From: Candidatus Latescibacterota bacterium
Lineage (GTDB): Bacteria > Latescibacterota > UBA2968
Reading direction: 5' to 3'
DNA: 64,000 nucleotides
Assembly: GCA_965198115.1 (NCBI GenBank)
Contig: OZ240241.1
Span: forward strand, 224,001 to 288,000
Below the pieces are notes generated by a model that saw nothing but the letters and a program-made list of their open reading frames with translations, had not been told where the DNA came from and searched no databases. A program made the translations under genes and the position numbers. Below are positions 40,725 through 50,786 of this stretch, piece after piece. The first letter of the stretch is position 1. Each line of letters opens with the position of its first letter.

Positions 40725-41819
40725 ATGAAGATCACGTCAGTCATTGCAACACCGGTGCGCGTACCGAGGCCTCAGGCGTTCTCAAGCAGCCTGGGCGTGT
40801 CTCTGGATACAGAGAACGCCGTCGTCGAAATACAGACCGACGAGGGGATCACGGGCCTCGGTGAGATCAGCAGTATTTGGGATCGAAAAGGACGCGGGCA
40901 GGCCGAGGACGTGAACGACTTGCTGGCTGAAGCCCTCGCCGGTCAGAGTCCGTTCGATATCAATACGATCCACGGCTTGATGGACAGCCTGCTGCACCGC
41001 TCCTATCCGGCAAAGGCGGGGATCGACATGGCCCTGTTCGACATCGTCGGCAAGGCGCTGAATGCGCCGGTCTACGATCTTCTCGGCGGCCGCGTGAGAG
41101 ATCGTGTATTGCTGAGCCATTCGCTGTCAATGGGCCCGCCCGGCCAGGTCGCTGGGCAAGCAGCCGACCTGGTGGCCAGGGGCTACAGGACGGTCAAGGC
41201 CAAGGTAGGCATGGATCAGAAGGCGGACATAGCGACCGTGGCGGCCATTCGTGAGGCGATTGGGAGTGGAGCCATCCTGCGCGTCGACGCCAACATGGGG
41301 TGGCGCAGTGCCAAGGAGGCCATCAGGAACATCCGGCAGCTCGAACCTTACGACATCGAGCTGGTTGAGCAGCCCCTGCACTTCAGCGACCTGGAAGGGC
41401 AACGCCTGATCCGGGAAAGTGTGGACACGCCGATCATGGCCGATGAGAGCGTATGGACGCCAGCCGACGCCTTGGCGTGTATCAGAGCCGGTGCTGTCGA
41501 TGTGTTCAATGTCTACGTTGCGGAGGCAGGCGGCATTGACCCGGCGTCACGGATCTTCGCGATTGCCGAAGCAGCTCGCGTCCCTTGCATCATCGGCAGT
41601 ATGCCGGAATTGGGGATCGGTACCGCCGCTCAGGCCCACCTCGCATTCGCAATGCGTAATCTTGGTTACGCCAGTGATGTGAACGGGTTCGTCTACCACT
41701 GCGACGATGTCATCAATGAAACCCTGACGATCGAGGACGGCCATCTGTTGCCTCCCCCCGGCCCGGGGCTTGGGGTCTCTCTCGACCGCGAGAAGGTAGA
41801 GAGGTACAGCATCCAGTGA
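40725..41819 (+). CDS. Enolase superfamily, mandelate racemase/muconate cycloisomerase-like
   Basis: TDEGITGLGE, DMALFD, KAKVG, VDANMGW, VEQP, MADES, PGPGLGV. Confidence 0.92.
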   Translation: MKITSVIATPVRVPRPQAFSSSLGVSLDTENAVVEIQTDEGITGLGEISSIWDRKGRGQAEDVNDLLAEALAGQSPFDINTIHGLMDSLLHRSYPAKAGIDMALFDIVGKALNAPVYDLLGGRVRDRVLLSHSLSMGPPGQVAGQAADLVARGYRTVKAKVGMDQKADIATVAAIREAIGSGAILRVDANMGWRSAKEAIRNIRQLEPYDIELVEQPLHFSDLEGQRLIRESVDTPIMADESVWTPADALACIRAGAVDVFNVYVAEAGGIDPASRIFAIAEAARVPCIIGSMPELGIGTAAQAHLAFAMRNLGYASDVNGFVYHCDDVINETLTIEDGHLLPPPGPGLGVSLDREKVERYSIQ

Positions 41820-41883
41820 TCGCCGAAGGTCCAGGTTGTGCTCGTGATCCTGCCCGAAAAGGCACTCCTTGACATCCGTCGGG

Positions 41884-43441
41884 TCACTCGGGCCAGTCGT
41901 CGAAGTCGTCCGACGGTCGATCGCTGACGATGTTTGGATACTCGAGATGCATATCTGCGTCGATGAGTCGGCCGTCACCCAGCAGGATCTGGTTCGATGT
42001 TTTGGGTGACACGCGAGCAGGAAAGGACTCTGCGAATATCCGTCTCTGGTCCTTCAGGCTTTCGAGCACCCGGTCGTAATCAAAACCCTCACACAGCGAT
42101 GATCGAAGACGTTCGACTTCCGGCGGAACCGGCGATGCGCCTTCCTTCAGAAGGTTGATCTGTTCGTCCGGATCGTACTGCAGGTCGAAGGCGAGATCTT
42201 CACAGTTCCTGAACGTCACGACCTTGTAGCGCTCCGATCGAATGGCGCGATACTCGGTTCCCGGTCCTGCGAATCCCGCGAGGTTCTCTGTGACAGCGCC
42301 GTCACGTCCTTCGAGCTCCGCGGAATGGCCGCCCGTCGCGACAGACGACAGGTCGATGCCCTTCAGGCCGTCCGGTGGTGCGACTCCGGCGAAGCCGCAG
42401 AACGTCGGGAACAGATCCCCCAGGCTGACGGGCGTCGTGATTTCCGATGACGTCAGCGCGCCTCTCCTGTGATCGGGTGTCGACACGATGAGCGGGACCC
42501 GAATCGACGCCTCGTGCCACGTCCGCTTGAACCAGAGACCGTGTTCGCCAGCGAGCTCTCCGTGGTCGGACGTGTAGACGACGATCGTGTTGTCGAGGAA
42601 TCCGTCGCGATCCAGAATGGTCAGGAAGTCGCCAAGCGTTTCGTCGAATTGATCGACGCACGCGAAATAGGCGGCGCGTGCCTTGAGGGTCTGCTCCTCC
42701 GTCACGTTTTCAAGGAAGATTCCCTGTGACTCGCCGGAATCCGACCGGAGCGCTCCGAGCGTGAGCGGATGATCGACTGTATCGCCGGTTCGACCGATGC
42801 GGGGCGGTGTGACACGATCCAGGTAATAGCGATCGAAGAAACGGCGCGCAGCGTTCATGGGGAAGTGAGGGTGAGCGAACGAGGTCATGAGAAGCCAGGG
42901 CTGATCTGGAGTCCGGTGTCTGTGCTCGCGCAACCACGCCGTGGCCTCACGGATCACGATCTGCTCCTGCATCAGAGATTCCGGGATGTTGCTGACGCCG
43001 GGATCCCTCAGAACGGACGGCATGAAGATGTGATCCTTCGGACCGGGAAGGTGAAGCGGGTCTTTCTGATGCGCGGGCGACGGAGCCGTGAAGTCGCCGT
43101 AGGGCCGATGCTGGAAGCCGGCCATCTGTCGCGATCCGATCAGGTGCATCTTTCCGACGGTGGCGGTCGCGTAGTCGTGATCGCCGAGATGAGACGCGAT
43201 GGTCGGAACGTCGGGAGCGAGGACGGCACACTCGGGAGGATGGACGCCCGGAGAGTATGGCGACACGGCTGGGGACGCAGAGCGGATACTGACAGTAGGC
43301 CGTCTCGAAATGGACGCCTCGCTCGATCAGGCCATCGAGCGTTGGCGTCCGACACGGCTCACCGCCACGCTTTTCGGAACGTGCGGTGAGGAATCGGTAG
43401 CTGTGTTCGTCGCTGAGGAGGAATAGGATGTTGGGTTTCAT
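41884..43441 (-). pseudogene. Sulfatase with a frameshift or small deletion near 43230
   Basis: MKPNILFLLSDEH..CVPSR in one frame, GKMH..YTSDHGE in another; the segment after SGR looks shortened. Confidence 0.82.
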
Positions 43442-43444
43442 GAT

Positions 43445-43764
43445 GACTGGCTGAGGCACACCCGTTGCCGAGTGGCGATTTTCTTTGTGTGGGTATAGTG
43501 TGCCCGTTTCGAGCAGTTCGAGCGTTTCGGGTGCCAGCCGCTCTTTGACCGTCTCCAGAATGGGGCCGGCCTGGCGGTGGTGCGGCCTATAGCGCAGTGT
43601 CAGCACCCGGCGCTGCCGGTCAGCGGGTTTCCAGGGCAGGACCCCGTGGGTCACGGATTCGGGCATGATCACGACATCCCCGGCCGCGGGCGTGATATTG
43701 ACGACCCCCGGCGGTAGCTCCCCCTCGATGAGACCCTTGGAGAAAAGCCGACGCGGCCGGTCAG
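43445..43764 (-). pseudogene. 3' fragment of a PhyH paralog of 33135-33941
   Basis: DRPRRLFSKGLIEGELPPGVVNITPAAGDVVIMPESVTHG.. nearly identical to the 33135 gene C-terminus. Confidence 0.85.
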
Positions 43765-43809
43765 GGTCAAGTCCCATAGTCAGTTGAAACTCATCGGGCT
43801 CCGTGGTAT

Positions 43810-45057
43810 TCATGCTCTCTGCCGAGCATCTTGATTGTCGCCGAGATTCAGGTTGTTTTTCAGTGCTTGCCTGAGCAGCGGGAGGTGTTTGTATCCGCTC
43901 ACGCGTCGCAGGCGTGGTTCGATGTCGAGGAGTGCGGCCGCGACCCATCTGTGTCGCTGAGGAGAGTTGTTCCAGCGGTTGACCTTCCGTATCAGGTTGC
44001 CGGTCATGCTGTTGAGCGCCTCGATGCAATTGGTGGTTCGGAAGCTTCGCTTCAAGAACGGGAGCATCCCCAGCCGGTGGAGGGTCAGGGTTTCCTCCAG
44101 TCCTTCCTCGAGGCTTGCCACGGCAGACTGATTCATCAGCTTGAGTTCGGGTTTGAGTGATTCGAGTGCGGCCTTTGCCTCCTCGTAGGTGTCGCAGTCA
44201 TAGGCTTTCTGAAGTTTCCGTCGAACTCTTGGACGTTCTGCCTCCGGGAGGTAGCTGACGACGTTCTCGCGCTTGTGCCACTGACAGCGATGCACGCACA
44301 CATCCCCTTTGAGGGCTTTGGTGACGGCACTGCGGAGTCCCTTTGAGCCGTCCAGCACAACGAGAAGGCCCTGGTCGTAGCACAGGCCTCTCCGGATGAG
44401 ATCCTGGATCAGCTGACGGCAGATCCGTTCGTTCTCCGTCGCCGATTCGACGAAGCCCAGGGGGATCTTCTGGCCGTCCGTCGTGACGCCCGGAGCGATC
44501 ACGATCTCTTCGTCGGCAAAGCTCTTTCCGTCGATGAACAGGGCGACCAAGTCGTAGTCGTCGAGCGGTCGTTCCTGGAACTGCTTCAGCTTCTTTGCGG
44601 TGGCTTTGATGAACCGTCGCGAGACGGAGGATGCCGAAATTCCGAACGCTTCGGGTACCGACTCTGCACAGGCTCTGTAGTTGCGACAGGAGATTCCCTT
44701 GAGCACACGAAGCAGCAGCTTCTCATCCATCGCTCTGGGCCTCTGCATCCCCCGGTATGCGGCCAGAGAAACCTCCGTATCGGACTCGACGTCGCGCACA
44801 CGGGGAACGGCCACCGGCAGCTTCTGGTCCATCAGATACACGGACCCTTTCTGGCTTCCCCATCGACGATGCGACTGCTCTGAACCCTTACGCGCATACC
44901 GAACGCCTGCGAGCTGCTCCACCTCCTGCTGGAGCACGTCGGCAACGGCCTCCAGACCCAGCGGAATCAGCGCCCGGATCACCGATAAACGCGTCTCCAA
45001 ATCCATAACGTCTGACCCAACCTTGACTTCGCCATCCCCTGCAAATAGCTTCTCCAT
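43810..45057 (-). CDS. IS256 (Mutator-like) transposase
   Basis: VPRVRD, LFIDG, VLDGSKGL, RCQWHK, RTTNCIE. Confidence 0.93.
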   Translation of the reverse strand: MEKLFAGDGEVKVGSDVMDLETRLSVIRALIPLGLEAVADVLQQEVEQLAGVRYARKGSEQSHRRWGSQKGSVYLMDQKLPVAVPRVRDVESDTEVSLAAYRGMQRPRAMDEKLLLRVLKGISCRNYRACAESVPEAFGISASSVSRRFIKATAKKLKQFQERPLDDYDLVALFIDGKSFADEEIVIAPGVTTDGQKIPLGFVESATENERICRQLIQDLIRRGLCYDQGLLVVLDGSKGLRSAVTKALKGDVCVHRCQWHKRENVVSYLPEAERPRVRRKLQKAYDCDTYEEAKAALESLKPELKLMNQSAVASLEEGLEETLTLHRLGMLPFLKRSFRTTNCIEALNSMTGNLIRKVNRWNNSPQRHRWVAAALLDIEPRLRRVSGYKHLPLLRQALKNNLNLGDNQDARQRA

Positions 45058-45137
45058 CGTGGGCTCCTTTCTTACGGGTACACGCTCTCACACGTCTACC
45101 CACAACGTAAGTTTGGAGCCCTTTAAGTTTCAACTAG

Positions 45138-46691
45138 GAGCCTGTCGGAGTACCCAGCCGGAGGAAGATTTCGTATTGTAGAAGTGCGATCAAGGTTCCG
45201 ACTCTGAATTGGAGGTTTCCGTTGAGCACTTCTACTCGGTTTCGTGTCTACAATCCGGCTCAGTTGATGTTGCTGCCTCCGGATCTCCGGAGTTGGCTTC
45301 CCAAGGGTCATCCGACCTACTTCATTCTGGATATCGTCGGACAACTTGATTTGTCCGCGATCTACGAGACCTACGATGGGTCTCAAGGTGGCCAGCCACC
45401 GTATGATCCCCGGATGATGGTGAGCCTACTGCTGTATGGTTACTGTGAAGGCATCAGGAGTTCCCGCAAGATCGAGCGTGCGACCTATGACTCGGTTGCT
45501 TTCCGTGTGCTCAGCCTGGATCAGCATCCTGATCACGACACGATATCGACCTTTCGTCAACGGCATCTGGATGCCCTCTCAGGTCTGTTCAGGCAAGTGC
45601 TGTGTCTCTGCGTGAAGGCAGGTCTGGTGAAGCTGGGACACGTGGCGTTGGATGGCACGAAAGTCAAAGCAAATGCCTCAAAACACAAAGCGATGAGCTA
45701 CGGCCGGATGAAGAAGAAAGAAGCCGAGATCGAGGCCGAAGTGCGCAGACTCTTGACCGAGGCCGAAGCCACTGACGCGGCCGAAGACGAACTCTACGGA
45801 AAGGACAACCGCGGCGACGAGTTGCCCGAGGAGTTGCAGCACCGGGAGACTCGACTCAAAGTAATCCGCGACGCAATAGCCGAGATCGAAGCCGAAGCGG
45901 AGGCTGAGTTTCCTGAGAAGCAGGCAGCGTATGAAGAGAAGGTAAAGGCCCGGGAGCGCCGCGGCGGTCGTGGACGTAAGCCCAAGCCTCCATCGAAAGA
46001 GCCCGACTGAAAGGAACAACTGAACTTCACCGATCCCGACTCACGGATCATGGTCTCAGGGGGCCAATTCCTTCAAGCCTACAACTGCCAAGCTGCTGTG
46101 GATGACAAGGCCCAGATTGTCGTTGCTGCCGACGTCACCCAAGAAGCTGATGACAAGAACCAGATGACACCTATGGTCAACCAGATCAGAGCGAATATGG
46201 GCGGCACGACACCCAAGCACCTCACTGCCGACACCGGATACTTCAACCAAAGTCAGGTCGATCAGGTTCAATCAGATGGCGTCGACCTCTATGTGGCGAC
46301 GACAAAACAGAAACATGGAACGCCCATCGCGACCTGCCCCAGGGGACGGATCCCCAAGGGCGCAACGACGAAAGACAAAATGGCGAGAAAGCTTCTCACA
46401 CAGAAAGGTCGCTGCACCTACTGGAAAAGAAAACAGATCATCGAACCCGTGTTTGGACAGATCAAATCCGTTCGGAACTTCACCCGATTCTCATTCCGCC
46501 GAATCCACAAAGTCATCAGAGAATGGAACCTGATCTGTCTCACACACAACCTTCTGAAACTCTATCGACTCTCATTGGCTACCTGATCCCGAAGAGGAAC
46601 TCGGCTCAAGGAAAAAACGAAGGTAACCGGTCGCTGACAGACTCAGCTGGACTTAATCTCAACGAGCTTCCGGGTGTAACCCGACAGGCTC
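45138..46691 (+). mobile_element. IS1182 family insertion sequence
   Basis: TIR gagcctgtcgg/ccgacaggctc with 4-bp CTAG duplication (45134-45137, 46692-46695). Confidence 0.92.
45222..46586 (+). pseudogene. IS1182 transposase with an in-frame TGA at 46008-46010
   Basis: LLPPDL, YDPRMM, SSRKIE, PDHDTI, DGTKVKANAS / NFTDPDSRIM, YNCQ, ADTGY, EPVFGQIK; both ORFs in the same frame. Confidence 0.88.
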
Positions 46692-46747
46692 CTAGGATAG
46701 GGACCTCACCCCGGTCAGATTTCCGTTGTCATAGTCACCTATAGCAT

Positions 46748-48123
46748 GGAGCTATAATCAAAAGGTGTGGAAAAAGAGAAAGGGCGACCCTACCCTTCCC
46801 GTGAGATAGTTGATTCACACAAAACCGGGTGAGAGGCCCGGTTGGGAAGGAGGATCGCCGTGAAGGAACATACGCATAGAGCCCCATTGAAGTCCATGCC
46901 GACGTGGGAGACGGTTGACGATTGGATCCGTGAAGAGATCCAGGGCCGGTTCCAGTTCATTCTGGAGGAGGAGGCGACCGCGTTCTTGGGCCGGTCGTGG
47001 TATGAGCGCCGAGCCGAGGTCGATAGCTCCACGGGCTACAGGAACGGCTACGGCAAGCCCCGGCGTCTCTCGACGAGCTGCGGAACGATCAAGGTCCGGC
47101 GTCCCCGGGTTCGTGGTCTGGAAGAGCGGTTTGAAAGCCGCATCCTCCCCCTGTTCGCCCGGAGAACCAGGGCCATTGGAGATCTGCTTCCCGACCTTTA
47201 TCTCCACGGTCTCTCCCAGGGCGACTTCGAGTTGTCTTTGCGTGCGCTGCTCGGTGATGGCGCGCCGCTTTCGCCGACCTCGATCGCTCGTCTTCGAGGG
47301 AAGTGGGAGGTCGACTTCCAGGACTGGAAAGAAAGGCGTCTGGATAATCGCGAACTGGTCTACGCCTGGGCTGATGGCATCTACGTCAAAGCCGGGCTCG
47401 AGCGCGAGAAGGCGTGTCTGCTGGTCGTGATCGGCGCGATGAGCGACGGCAGCAAGGAGATCCTGGCGATAGAACCCGGTTATCGAGAGTCTACAGAATC
47501 CTGGCTCACGGTGCTCCGGGATCTCCGGGATCGCGGGCTCGAACATCCTGTCCTGATCGCCGCGGACGGGAATATGGGCATCTGGGCGGCCGTTGATCAG
47601 GTCTGGCCAGAGAGCCGGCAACAACGGTGCTGGAACCACAAGATCCTCAACGTGCTCGACAAGGTCGCCAAGCGTGCACAGGCTGAAGCCCGCGCACTGC
47701 TCGTCCAGATCCCCTATGCCGGCACGAAAAAGGAGGCCGAGAAGCTCCGGAAACGCTTTGCCGCACGGTATCGCTCACAGTTCCCTGCCGCCGTGGAGAC
47801 GCTCGAAAGAGACTGGGATCGGATGGTCACGTTCTACGACTTCCCGAAGGAACACTGGAAACACCTGAGAACCACGAACGTCGTCGAGAGCCCCTTTGCT
47901 TCCGTTCGGCTTCGCACAAACGCCGCCAGGCGATTCAAGAAAGTCAGGAACGCCACGACTCTCATCTGGCGTACGCTCAAGGTCGCAGAGAGCCGATTCA
48001 GGAAACTCACCGCGCCACACTTGCTACAACAAGTCTACGATCAGAAACACTCAACCGGACCGCAGGTCGAAGCCGGGAAGATGGCCGCCTGATTTCTTTT
48101 ACACACCTATTGACCTGAGCTCC
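46748..48123 (+). mobile_element. IS256 family insertion sequence, no target duplication
   Basis: TIR ggagctataatcaaaaggtgtg / cacacctattgacctgagctcc; flanks differ. Confidence 0.85.
46842..48092 (+). CDS. IS256 transposase
   Basis: YRNGY, RPRVR, LYLHGLSQGDF, WADGIY, AADG, QRCWNHK, RTTNVVES. Confidence 0.95.
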   Translation: MGRRIAVKEHTHRAPLKSMPTWETVDDWIREEIQGRFQFILEEEATAFLGRSWYERRAEVDSSTGYRNGYGKPRRLSTSCGTIKVRRPRVRGLEERFESRILPLFARRTRAIGDLLPDLYLHGLSQGDFELSLRALLGDGAPLSPTSIARLRGKWEVDFQDWKERRLDNRELVYAWADGIYVKAGLEREKACLLVVIGAMSDGSKEILAIEPGYRESTESWLTVLRDLRDRGLEHPVLIAADGNMGIWAAVDQVWPESRQQRCWNHKILNVLDKVAKRAQAEARALLVQIPYAGTKKEAEKLRKRFAARYRSQFPAAVETLERDWDRMVTFYDFPKEHWKHLRTTNVVESPFASVRLRTNAARRFKKVRNATTLIWRTLKVAESRFRKLTAPHLLQQVYDQKHSTGPQVEAGKMAA

Positions 48124-48203
48124 CCGCGTCGCATAGTACGCAGCGAGTGTTCTATGATTTCTCACCCTCCTACGGATAGACGGGATCGTTGGAGAGACGT
48201 CGA

Positions 48204-48246
48204 ATACAACTGATTCTCTGTTGACTCGACTTAGAGAATGCTAGGC
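48204..48246 (-). other. Degenerate short attC-like site downstream of aph
   Basis: GCCTAGC-attctct..agagaat-ca-GTTGTAT; R'' is a 1-mismatch complement of GTTAGGC upstream of aph. Confidence 0.45.
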
Positions 48247-48275
48247 GTAGTCCCTCCCGCCACATTGCCAACGGA

Positions 48276-49058
48276 TCAGAACATCACATCCAGAAGGAGG
48301 AAATACTCAATCTTGTCCCAATTCGGTTTCTGTTCAAGACGCTCCAGAAGCAACCTAACGTGCTGCTCTCCGAGGTCTTCTCTGACGCTCCTTATGCACA
48401 TGGCAATGTCAAACCATTTGTCTCCGACACCTCCACGTCCCCAGTCGATGATCCCAGAAATGTGCTGACCATCGACGAAGAAGTTCCCATCACTCATGTC
48501 ACCGTGTGAAAACGTGGGCTCCTGATCTGGAATATTGTCCTTTAGATACTTGACTAGTGCTGATGGCGAAGGGAAACCTGTATTTCCGGAGTAAAAGTCC
48601 TCTTCGGCGGCCACTCCACTTTCCAGGAGGTACTCCAATTCCACGAGTCTGCTTTCAGCGGAGATAGTGATCGGACATTCAGCGTGATCTATTGATTGAA
48701 TGAGCCTCAGTGCTTCCAGGTAGGTGTCTATTACTTCTGTAGGGCCAAAGTCCTTCCTCTCGTAGAGCGATACGCCATCCGCTTCCGCCGTGAGCAGATA
48801 TTCTCGATCGTCGTCAGAAGCGAAATGCACGACTGGGGGAACCGCAAGCTTACCATCAAGCCATCGTAGGACATCCTTCTCTCGTCCGACTCCATATGTA
48901 GTGTTCTCATACCGCCTCTCGCTGACCTTTAGGAACAAGACATCCTCTTGTCCCGTGAGCCGATACACTTCGCAGGGCGACATGCCATCGCCGTGCGAAG
49001 AAAACGAATAGTCGGATACGATTGTTTGGAGACTGTCAGGTAGAGAGTGGAGATCCAT
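48276..49058 (-). CDS. aph(3'): Aminoglycoside 3'-phosphotransferase, APH(3')-III-like
   Basis: GMSPCEVYRL, LFLK, TTYGVGREKDVLRWLDGKL, FSHGDMSDGNFFV, IIDWGRGG, DKWFDIA, WDKIEYFLLLD track APH(3')-IIIa along the full length. Confidence 0.88.
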   Translation of the reverse strand: MDLHSLPDSLQTIVSDYSFSSHGDGMSPCEVYRLTGQEDVLFLKVSERRYENTTYGVGREKDVLRWLDGKLAVPPVVHFASDDDREYLLTAEADGVSLYERKDFGPTEVIDTYLEALRLIQSIDHAECPITISAESRLVELEYLLESGVAAEEDFYSGNTGFPSPSALVKYLKDNIPDQEPTFSHGDMSDGNFFVDGQHISGIIDWGRGGVGDKWFDIAMCIRSVREDLGEQHVRLLLERLEQKPNWDKIEYFLLLDVMF

Positions 49059-49177
49059 TCGCCAGATAGTTTTCCGCCAGAGGGGTCTCGCCTAACGTTG
49101 TAACGCCCGAAGCTGGCCGTTCAGTCGGCCTGGCGGCCGGGTTGCTTCTGCAAGCCGGCTGACAGAGGCCAGTTTAT

Positions 49178-50597
49178 GGCTATATCCGGATCTCTCAACG
49201 AGATGAAGTGGGTGAAGGTGCCGTGGTTCCTGGCATGGGGGCGCGGTTAGAGTGTGCGGAACCTCTTCGGAATCTGCTCAGGGATGTTTATGTCTCCGAC
49301 GGTAAGGAAGATCATATCGTTGAATGCGTCGAGTGTGCGGAATCCGCTGGCTCGGTTCTTGACGATTTGGACGATTCGGTTGAGGCCTTCGGCGATGGCG
49401 TTGGTAAGACGCGTGTTCACGAATGCGAGGACGCCGAAGAAGTGCTGTCGCAGGGTCCTGACGAACTTTCGCAGGGGTTCAAGTCGACTTCTGAGTGCGG
49501 ACGTCGTCCAGCATTTCAGGAAGCGTTCGGCAGCCCAGGGCGCTTTGTATTCCCAGAACTGCTCGAACTCGTCCTTGAGTCTCCAGGCTCTATAGATTCG
49601 GTAGTTCGCCTTCTCCAGTGCTTTGAGTGTCCGAGTATCCCCTCTGGAGCGTGTCGCTGAGTGCCGGTAGAGGAGCCATCGGAGGCCCTTCATGGCTTTG
49701 CGCTCATCCGGGGCAGCTTCACGCCACTGGTCCTTACGGACCTCGTCAACGGCGGCATTGAGAGCCTTGACGATGTGAAAGCGATCGAGGACCAGCTTGG
49801 CATTCGGACAGTGTTCCTGGATGGCTCCGATGTAAGCTTCGCTCATGTCGCAGCAGGCCCACTCGATCTTGGATCTCCGGTAGGGACTGAGAGCCTCTGT
49901 GAAGAACCGATCGATCGTTTTACGCGCCCTGCCGCGGCCAACCCACACCACGCAGGAGCGGTCCAGATCGTAAACGAGCGTGGCGTACCTGTGACGCTTG
50001 GCGTAGGAGATCTCGTCGATCCCGATGGTTTTGAGCCCTCGGATACGATGACCTTCACGAAGCCGCGTGATGGATCGGTGAAGGAGATCCGACAGCGTCG
50101 AGGCAGAGATGCGCAGTAACTCGGACGCCGCCTTCTGCGTCATGGTCTGGCAGTAGCGCAGCATGGCATACTCGAAGCGATACGTCACCCGAGAGAACCG
50201 CTCCGCCCACGGAATCTCCTCGACCACACGACCGTGGGTAGGACACCGAATCTCCCGAGGATGGTAGAGAAGCCAGACCCTCCACCCGCACACCGGAATG
50301 TCACGCCACCGACGCGGATGGGGCATTGTGCGGACGATTTTACCTCGACGGCCGCACTCCGGACAACAACAACCATTCTTATGTGGCTTTACGGCGATGA
50401 CGAAGCAGCTTCTCCCCTCAAACCACCAGCTGACAACACGGAACCCCTTGAATCTCAGCAGTTTCGATAGTAATCTGCTCCCGGTCATAGGTCGCACCCC
50501 CTTCGCTTTGATTGTCCTACACACACAACCAAGCGTAGGGAACGATCTATGACCTTGTCATTCTATAGTTTCACCGTTGAGAGATCCGGATATAGCC
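49178..50597 (-). mobile_element. ISL3 family insertion sequence, copy 2 (1420 bp)
   Basis: Perfect 23-bp TIR, 8-bp TSD cagtttat (49170-49177, 50598-50605); nearly identical to copy 1. Confidence 0.95.
49247..50524 (-). CDS. ISL3 transposase
   Basis: Same protein as 16049-17326 except QWRE for QWRK and terminal L for R. Confidence 0.95.
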   Translation of the reverse strand: MCRTIKAKGVRPMTGSRLLSKLLRFKGFRVVSWWFEGRSCFVIAVKPHKNGCCCPECGRRGKIVRTMPHPRRWRDIPVCGWRVWLLYHPREIRCPTHGRVVEEIPWAERFSRVTYRFEYAMLRYCQTMTQKAASELLRISASTLSDLLHRSITRLREGHRIRGLKTIGIDEISYAKRHRYATLVYDLDRSCVVWVGRGRARKTIDRFFTEALSPYRRSKIEWACCDMSEAYIGAIQEHCPNAKLVLDRFHIVKALNAAVDEVRKDQWREAAPDERKAMKGLRWLLYRHSATRSRGDTRTLKALEKANYRIYRAWRLKDEFEQFWEYKAPWAAERFLKCWTTSALRSRLEPLRKFVRTLRQHFFGVLAFVNTRLTNAIAEGLNRIVQIVKNRASGFRTLDAFNDMIFLTVGDINIPEQIPKRFRTL

Positions 50598-50674
50598 CAG
50601 TTTATGTGGGTGGGGTTGGGTGTGATCGGGCGTGCGGTGTTATGTGAGGGCGTGGCGGCGTTTAGAATGAAGGC

Positions 50675-50758
50675 TTGGTACCCTATCGCCGCTTGAAGCG
50701 TGCTCACCTGGTCGTAAAGACGAGTCTATCGTGGCATTTCGCGGCGATCTCGTTAAGC
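50675..50758 (-). other. attC-like site downstream of the alginate lyase fusion, R' degenerate
   Basis: GCTTAAC-gag-ATCGCCGC...GCGGCGAT-agg-GTaccaa. Confidence 0.5.
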
Positions 50759-50786
50759 GCCGGAGACAGATTAGTTGGGTGGCCAT

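Larger units (their letters stand above)
43765..46710 (-). mobile_element. IS256 family element with an IS1182 nested in its left TIR
   Basis: TIR ggtcaagtcccatagtcagttgaaact / agtttcaacta[IS1182]ggatagggacctcacc; 8-bp TSD ccggtcag at 43757-43764 and 46711-46718. Confidence 0.9.
49090..50645 (-). other. attC-like site (about 128 bp) interrupted by ISL3 copy 2
   Basis: ACATAAC-accgc-ACGCCCGA...TCGGGCGT-tacaac-GTTAGGC with further internal pairing aactggcc/ggccagct. Confidence 0.6.

Noticed and set aside
42947-44029. 360-aa ORF fusing IS256 end, PhyH tail and sulfatase head
   Set aside because: Chance read-through across a pseudogene and an IS boundary.
46008-46010. Selenocysteine or recoded TGA in the IS1182 transposase
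   Set aside because: Not a catalytic Cys position, no SECIS evident, and TGA is used as a normal stop throughout the window.
15980-50597. Composite transposon formed by the two co-oriented ISL3 copies
   Set aside because: Copy 2 has its own perfect TSD and the outer flanks do not match, so these are independent insertions.
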